DNA of 61,237 nt from the IMG/VR virus record IMGVR_UViG_3300025870_000001, one strand, 5' to 3'. The notes beneath the pieces were generated by a model. That model saw only the letters and a list, made by a program, of their open reading frames with translations. It did no database searches and was not told the origin of the DNA. The DNA comes from an uncultured virus (IMG/VR IMGVR_UViG_3300025870_000001). Its lineage: Duplodnaviria; Heunggongvirae; Uroviricota; Caudoviricetes. Shown in pieces: positions 55,774-61,237 of this stretch. Position numbers and translations under genes: made by a program. Each line of letters begins with the position of its first letter. Position 1 is the first letter of the stretch.

Positions 55774-58419
55774 ATGCCGGTTAATTTTCCAAACAGCCCA
55801 TCAAACGACGATGAACATAGCGCAAACGGACTAGTATACAAGTATAATTCTACAAAAGGTGCTTGGAAGAGAAAATTTGTTGCACCCACAGATGCAACAG
55901 ATATCAATCAACTAAACGATTCTAGTGGACTGCTTACAAGCAGTTCAACGACCGTTGTTGCTGATATGGCTGCGTTAATTGCACTTACAGGAATGTCTAG
56001 TGGCGATCAGGCATATATCACGGCAAATAACAAGTTATATTTTTACAATGGTTCTGGTTGGTATTTGATTGCGACTGTCCAAAATGATGCGCCAAGCGCA
56101 ATCACTGGAGTTAATGGAACATATGAACTTGCAATTGATGGTACTGCAACTACTATTACCGCTGTGTCTACAGACCCAGAAGGATTCCCTCTGACATGGA
56201 GTTCTTCAACATCTGGTTTAGGTTCTATTGCAACTGTTTCGAACACAGATAATGTTTTTACAATCACCCCAAGTACTACTGAAGCAGATGCTGGTACATT
56301 TACTTTAACCATCAATGCAACAGATGGTGCTAATGGTGCAGTAAGTACATCTACAAACTTAACTTTAAATTTTATTGTTATAGTTACAAACAGCAGATAT
56401 ACTACCTTATTAGCGACAGCAACTGGTACAAGTGATAATAATAACATCACTGATAGCTCCTCTAACAACCATAGCATCACAGTAAATGGTGATGCCCACG
56501 CTGGTACGTTTAGCCCTTATCGTAGTGGAGGTTATTCAACTTATTTTGATGGAACTGATCGTGTTTACTTAACTAATGATATGAGTGTAGCACTAGGCAC
56601 CAGTGAATTTTCAATGGAAGCGTGGATATACAGGACAACAACCGATGCAGATGAAAACGTAATTGTTAATGGCCCCAGCAATGACTACGGCTGGGGATTA
56701 GCAATTTCTGGAGGCAAAATACGAGCGAGATTTCACAATACTAACTTAATATCGGGAGCCACAACAGTATCTCCAAATGAGTGGCATCACGTTATGATTG
56801 CAAGAACCTCATCTAACGAATTATTAATTTTCTTAGATGGAACACTGGACGCTCGCAGCACATCCTCTTCAATAAATTATAATGCAACTTCAGCAACTCT
56901 TACTATAGGGAGTTATGGTGATAGGACTGGTGCGGTCAGCTTTGGATTCAATGGCTATATACGTGATGCAAGGGTAATTGTAGGATATAATACTTTTCCC
57001 CACGGATCTTATGGCACTTCTGTTGGAATTAATTACTTCACCCCACCATCTGAACCATTAACTGCTGTTTCTGGAACAGAAGCTTTACTTTGTGGGTTGC
57101 CATATCATGGTGACCTCTCTTCAAACGGTCATTCTGTTTCTGAGACTGGAGGTGCTGTCACAAAACCATTCTCACCATACGACTCTATTGAATACTCTGT
57201 AACAGATCACGGCGGGTCTGTGTATTTTGTGGGAGGTGCTAATTTTTCATCCCAATATTTAAGTCTTTCTGGCCCTACTATGCCATCTGGAGATTTTACT
57301 CTATCGACATGGGCATATTTAAAATCTAACGGATCCGATACTACTCTTATTGATTTTAACGGAAACTCTGATGGTTTTCGTATAATTTACATGAATACCG
57401 GATCTAATTATCATTTTAGATTTTATGTTGGGCCGGGAGGATCGGTATATCTTTATGACTCAACAAGTGCACATCCTCTTAACCAGTGGCATTATATAGT
57501 GGTGGTTAGGAGTTCGGGAACATTTAAACTTTATGTTAATAACAAATTAATGGGTACTAGCACTGCTAATCCAACTTTTTCTAGTTCTAATAATGTTAGA
57601 ATCGGTCAAGGGTTAAATGGATATGGTACATTAGAAGGCTATCTTAGTGACATAATATACAACCCTACTACTGCTATTACAGATTTTACTCCACCTACTG
57701 CTCCTCAATCTTCAACTGGCACAACATTACACATCAAAGGCGCAGACGCTTCGATCATAGATAAATCTCAAGTAAATAATATTAAAATGAACGGGCCTAC
57801 AACTGGTTCTGCCACTAAATCTGCGTTTGGCTCTGAACCAACAATAAGTTTTGCGTCTGGATCTAATACCAACAGGTATTTAGAATTTGATCCTACTGTT
57901 TTAAAGTTTATGGAAATTTTAGGACAACCATCTATACCATTTACTATCGAAGGAATTTGGGGTTGGCAGGGCAGTACGGCTTCTCCTATTTTTGAAATTT
58001 TTCAAGATACAAATAACTTCTTTTATTTTGGAGGAGGGCCCGGTAACACTCAGAGTGGTATAAGTACGGACATGAATTTGTATGCTATATTTAAGATTGG
58101 CGGCGTAGAAAGATTTAAGATGACTGCCGGTATTGGTAGCTACTACAATGTCGGAAGTTCTTTTAAGCATCAAGCAATCACTAGAAATTCTTCAGGGGTA
58201 ATGCAGCATTACTATGATGGACAATTAAGACCAAATACTATAACACATTCTGGAACTGACACAGTGAATTGGGCTAGTCCAGTAGGATATGTTGGTCGTT
58301 CAGATTGGATGGGTATATATGGCAGATATGAAGGTTACATACACCAAGTAAGATTAACTGTAGGTCTAGCAAGATACACCGCAAACTTTACACCACCAAC
58401 AGCATCATTAGAAGGATAA
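55774..58419 (+). CDS. Fibre/adhesin with LamG/ConA-like domains
   Basis: FSMEAWIY, WHHV..R, GYI.D.R, ARYTANFTPP. Confidence 0.85.
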   Translation: MPVNFPNSPSNDDEHSANGLVYKYNSTKGAWKRKFVAPTDATDINQLNDSSGLLTSSSTTVVADMAALIALTGMSSGDQAYITANNKLYFYNGSGWYLIATVQNDAPSAITGVNGTYELAIDGTATTITAVSTDPEGFPLTWSSSTSGLGSIATVSNTDNVFTITPSTTEADAGTFTLTINATDGANGAVSTSTNLTLNFIVIVTNSRYTTLLATATGTSDNNNITDSSSNNHSITVNGDAHAGTFSPYRSGGYSTYFDGTDRVYLTNDMSVALGTSEFSMEAWIYRTTTDADENVIVNGPSNDYGWGLAISGGKIRARFHNTNLISGATTVSPNEWHHVMIARTSSNELLIFLDGTLDARSTSSSINYNATSATLTIGSYGDRTGAVSFGFNGYIRDARVIVGYNTFPHGSYGTSVGINYFTPPSEPLTAVSGTEALLCGLPYHGDLSSNGHSVSETGGAVTKPFSPYDSIEYSVTDHGGSVYFVGGANFSSQYLSLSGPTMPSGDFTLSTWAYLKSNGSDTTLIDFNGNSDGFRIIYMNTGSNYHFRFYVGPGGSVYLYDSTSAHPLNQWHYIVVVRSSGTFKLYVNNKLMGTSTANPTFSSSNNVRIGQGLNGYGTLEGYLSDIIYNPTTAITDFTPPTAPQSSTGTTLHIKGADASIIDKSQVNNIKMNGPTTGSATKSAFGSEPTISFASGSNTNRYLEFDPTVLKFMEILGQPSIPFTIEGIWGWQGSTASPIFEIFQDTNNFFYFGGGPGNTQSGISTDMNLYAIFKIGGVERFKMTAGIGSYYNVGSSFKHQAITRNSSGVMQHYYDGQLRPNTITHSGTDTVNWASPVGYVGRSDWMGIYGRYEGYIHQVRLTVGLARYTANFTPPTASLEG

Positions 58420-58423
58420 GAAA

Positions 58424-59902
58424 ATGCCAATTAATTTTCCAAATTCACCAACAAACGGACAGATATTTACTTCTGGTGGAAGATCATATGAGTATAATTC
58501 AGCAGCCGGAGTGTGGAATAGAAAAGAACAGACTGCTGCAACAATCCCAAGTGATATTTCTGATTTGACAGATACTGGTGGAGTGTTAGGTTCTGGTGGT
58601 GCTACTGTCTATGCAGATATGGCAGCATTAATTGCTGCAACTGGAATGTCTAATGGAGATTTTGGACTAGTCGCTGCGAACAATAACATATATGTTTACA
58701 ATGGAGCCGGGTGGTATAAAATTGCCACAGTACAAAACGATTCCCCTAGTGCAATCACTGGAGTAAATGGATCTTATTCACTAGAATCTGATGGAACACC
58801 TACAGTGATTACAGCAGTATCCACAGACCCTGAAGGGTTCCCCCTAACATGGAGTTATGCAGTCACATCTGGTTCTCTTGGTACAACAGCAACTGTTTCA
58901 CAAAATGAAAATGTATTTACTATAACGCCAGGCACAAACTCTTCAGCAGATGCTGGTACATTTACTCTAACATTTAGTGTTACTGATGGTAGTTCTGGTG
59001 CGACATCCGTGGCCTCAGCATTTAGTCTTAACTTTCTACCGATTAATGGTCAGGTCACAAACGTATCTGGACTAACTGCAGCTGCATATGGTGATTATTT
59101 AATTAAAAAACTAACCTCTGGGAGTGGTAGTTTCACAATTCCAACTACAGCCAAGTACGACTTATTAATGGTCGGCGGTGGCGGTGGCGGTGGTGATGGT
59201 AATGCTGCCGGTGGCGGTGGGGGCGCTGGTGGAATGGTCGAGGGGTTTGAGGTAACTTTGCCGGCTGGTAATTATACCATTTCAGTTGGTGCCGGTGGAT
59301 CTGGTGCAACATTCAATGATGGCAATGGGAGTACTGGTGGAGATACATTATTAACAAATACTAGTACTGGACAATCTATAACTGCCTTGGGTGGTGGTGC
59401 TGGTAGAGGTTGGCAGGGTAATTTGGCAACTTCTAACGGTGGTTCTGGTGGTGGTGATACAGGGCCCGACAATTCTTCTGGTACATCTATCGCACAAGCA
59501 AAAGGAGCATTCACCGCATTTGGTAGTGAATCATTCCATGAATATGGTAATAACGGCGGCAACAAAACTAGCAACACTTATGGAGGCGGCGGCGGCGGCG
59601 CTGGCAGCGCGGCCGGCACTCTGGGCGCATCCGGCGATCCAAGAGCCAATTCGATAGAGACAGGTAGTCCTCAAAACTATGCAGAAGGTGCTACTGGCGC
59701 TACTTTTCAAGGTACTTCTCATGCGACCACTAGTTATGGACTTGGTGGTAATGGTGGGAAATACGGTAATTCTTCCACTGAGATTGCACCGACCAATGGA
59801 ACAAATGGAACTGGATCTGGTGGTGGAGGCAAGACTGATTCGTTTCTCTCGGCGAATATCGGCCAAGGTGGCAGTGGTATTTTTGTATTACGACATGTAT
59901 AA
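58424..59902 (+). CDS. Fibre/adhesin with glycine-rich C-terminal domain
   Basis: MPINFPNSP; VGGGGGGG..GGGGAGG; GGSGIFVLR end. Confidence 0.85.
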   Translation: MPINFPNSPTNGQIFTSGGRSYEYNSAAGVWNRKEQTAATIPSDISDLTDTGGVLGSGGATVYADMAALIAATGMSNGDFGLVAANNNIYVYNGAGWYKIATVQNDSPSAITGVNGSYSLESDGTPTVITAVSTDPEGFPLTWSYAVTSGSLGTTATVSQNENVFTITPGTNSSADAGTFTLTFSVTDGSSGATSVASAFSLNFLPINGQVTNVSGLTAAAYGDYLIKKLTSGSGSFTIPTTAKYDLLMVGGGGGGGDGNAAGGGGGAGGMVEGFEVTLPAGNYTISVGAGGSGATFNDGNGSTGGDTLLTNTSTGQSITALGGGAGRGWQGNLATSNGGSGGGDTGPDNSSGTSIAQAKGAFTAFGSESFHEYGNNGGNKTSNTYGGGGGGAGSAAGTLGASGDPRANSIETGSPQNYAEGATGATFQGTSHATTSYGLGGNGGKYGNSSTEIAPTNGTNGTGSGGGGKTDSFLSANIGQGGSGIFVLRHV

Positions 59903-59929
59903 TCAATAGAACTAAAGGATAAAATATAG

Positions 59930-61237
59930 ATGGCAATTAATTTACCAAATTCTCCGACAAACGGACAAACAGTGACACTTGCGGATAAGACATTAGTATA
60001 TAATTCCACTAGCGGAACTTGGAATGTTCAAACTACAGACAGTTCTGGTGGTTCTCTATCAATTTCTGATACTGCACCATCCAGCCCATCAGATGGAGAT
60101 ATGTGGTTTGACAGTTCTACACTGACACTATATGCATATTACGATGATGGAAACAGTCAACAGTGGATCGATTTAGCAGGACAGGCAACGACCTTACAGG
60201 CCACCTCATCTGATACCGCCCCTGTAAATCCATCTACAGGCGCAATTTGGTTTGACACTGCAAATCTCAATCTATTTGTTTACTATTCAGACGGTTCTTC
60301 CAACCAATGGGTTCAGATGAACTCAGAAGCTCCAGCAATTCCAGAAGATCTGTCAGATTTGACAGATACAACAAATCTTCTCTTTGATGGACAATATTCA
60401 AGTCTTACTGGAGCTCCAACATCATCTACTGCTGGTGCATTAGGTACACTTACAAAAACATTTGCACAAAACGAAGAATCTGAAATAACACTCTCAGAGA
60501 CTATCTCTCCAGTGCCAAATGTAAGTGTGTTCAAAGAAGTACCACAGGGTGGATTGACATCCAAAGGAAATTGGGATGTCAATGCTAATGCAACCAATTA
60601 TGAGTTTTTTGATGAAAAACCTTTGAATTATAATACAACTACATTAACACCAAGTGCAACAGGAGACGGCACATTTACGAATAGTAATCCTACAGTAGTC
60701 GGTTATCAAATGTCGAGTACTGTTAATCTTAATTCTACTTCTCCAAGTATTACAGCCCAAGGTAGTGGTGGTTCTTGGCAAGTGGTAGAATTTGATCCCA
60801 CTGGCAACCATGTATATATGGTATCTAGCACAACCCAAAGCGGATACGCAAAAACTATTTATCAATATAGTATGTCTACCCCACATGATTTAAGCACACT
60901 GAATACTACTCATGTAAATACATTAGATATGTCTAGTAAAATTGCAGGTACAGTTGCTCATTATTGCCCTTTACATATAACTAATTCTGGATATGATTTG
61001 TATTTTGGAGATTATCAAAACAATATAATTTACCAATGGAAGATGTCTACTGCGTATGATCTTAGTACTGCATCCTATCATGGTGCTTCTTCTGCTATTT
61101 TTGTGAATAGTATGGCTAGTTTGTTTATTCAACCGAATGGGCTAACTGGATATCAAGTTCAAGATGGTATTACTGGAAGTGCTGTGCTAAGAGAATTTAC
61201 CATGTCGGTCGCGTGGGATATTACAACTGCATCTCTA
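59930..61237 (+). CDS. Modular fibre/adhesin protein (3' truncated by window)
   Basis: Hand-read MAINLPNSPTNGQ..., two WFD repeats, repeated MS(T/V)xxD(L/I)(S/T)T motifs near window end. Confidence 0.8.
   Translation, partial: MAINLPNSPTNGQTVTLADKTLVYNSTSGTWNVQTTDSSGGSLSISDTAPSSPSDGDMWFDSSTLTLYAYYDDGNSQQWIDLAGQATTLQATSSDTAPVNPSTGAIWFDTANLNLFVYYSDGSSNQWVQMNSEAPAIPEDLSDLTDTTNLLFDGQYSSLTGAPTSSTAGALGTLTKTFAQNEESEITLSETISPVPNVSVFKEVPQGGLTSKGNWDVNANATNYEFFDEKPLNYNTTTLTPSATGDGTFTNSNPTVVGYQMSSTVNLNSTSPSITAQGSGGSWQVVEFDPTGNHVYMVSSTTQSGYAKTIYQYSMSTPHDLSTLNTTHVNTLDMSSKIAGTVAHYCPLHITNSGYDLYFGDYQNNIIYQWKMSTAYDLSTASYHGASSAIFVNSMASLFIQPNGLTGYQVQDGITGSAVLREFTMSVAWDITTASL

Noticed and set aside
44139..61237. 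Diversity-generating retroelement or invertible tail-fibre cassette
   Set aside because: No reverse transcriptase, invertase, or adenine-specific TR/VR pair seen
1..61237. Stop-codon reassignment
   Set aside because: Conserved genes are full length under the standard bacterial code and no suppressor tRNA was found

Overview
AT-rich segment of a large T4-like (myovirus-type) phage genome. The host is probably a marine alphaproteobacterium, perhaps Rhodobacteraceae-like, inferred from the permuted two-piece tmRNA with an ANDNF...ALAA tag, a DUF1127 gene, a cytochrome c2 and an RpoD-like sigma region 4. Layout: 1-3.3 kb (+) baseplate-hub/tape-measure-like genes. 3.4-39.6 kb (mostly -) replication and transcription genes (gp32, gp59, gp33, exonuclease), host-like genes (cytochrome c, PhoH, Na/Pi transporter, GuaC, ClpP, SbmA, ExbB/ExbD-like pair, lipase), DNA-modification genes (Mom-like, N6-MTase), seven tRNAs, a tmRNA, several structured RNAs and many small early ORFs behind a repeated sigma70-type promoter. 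39.7-61.2 kb (+) a late-promoter-driven array of modular fibre/adhesin genes. Main highlights: (1) a probable -1 frameshift joining the gp26-like and gp51-like ORFs; (2) a second, tag-less tmRNA tRNA-like domain fused to the exonuclease leader inside a 78-bp direct repeat; (3) a two-copy covarying 5'-UTR RNA motif and a ~200-nt multibranch RNA that I cannot assign; (4) TGATTCG (CcrM/GcrA-type) sites tied to the early promoters; (5) a stand-alone sigma70 domain-4 protein; (6) an ExbB/ExbD-like-SbmA-ClpP membrane operon. All family calls come from motif recognition by eye; no database searches were run.
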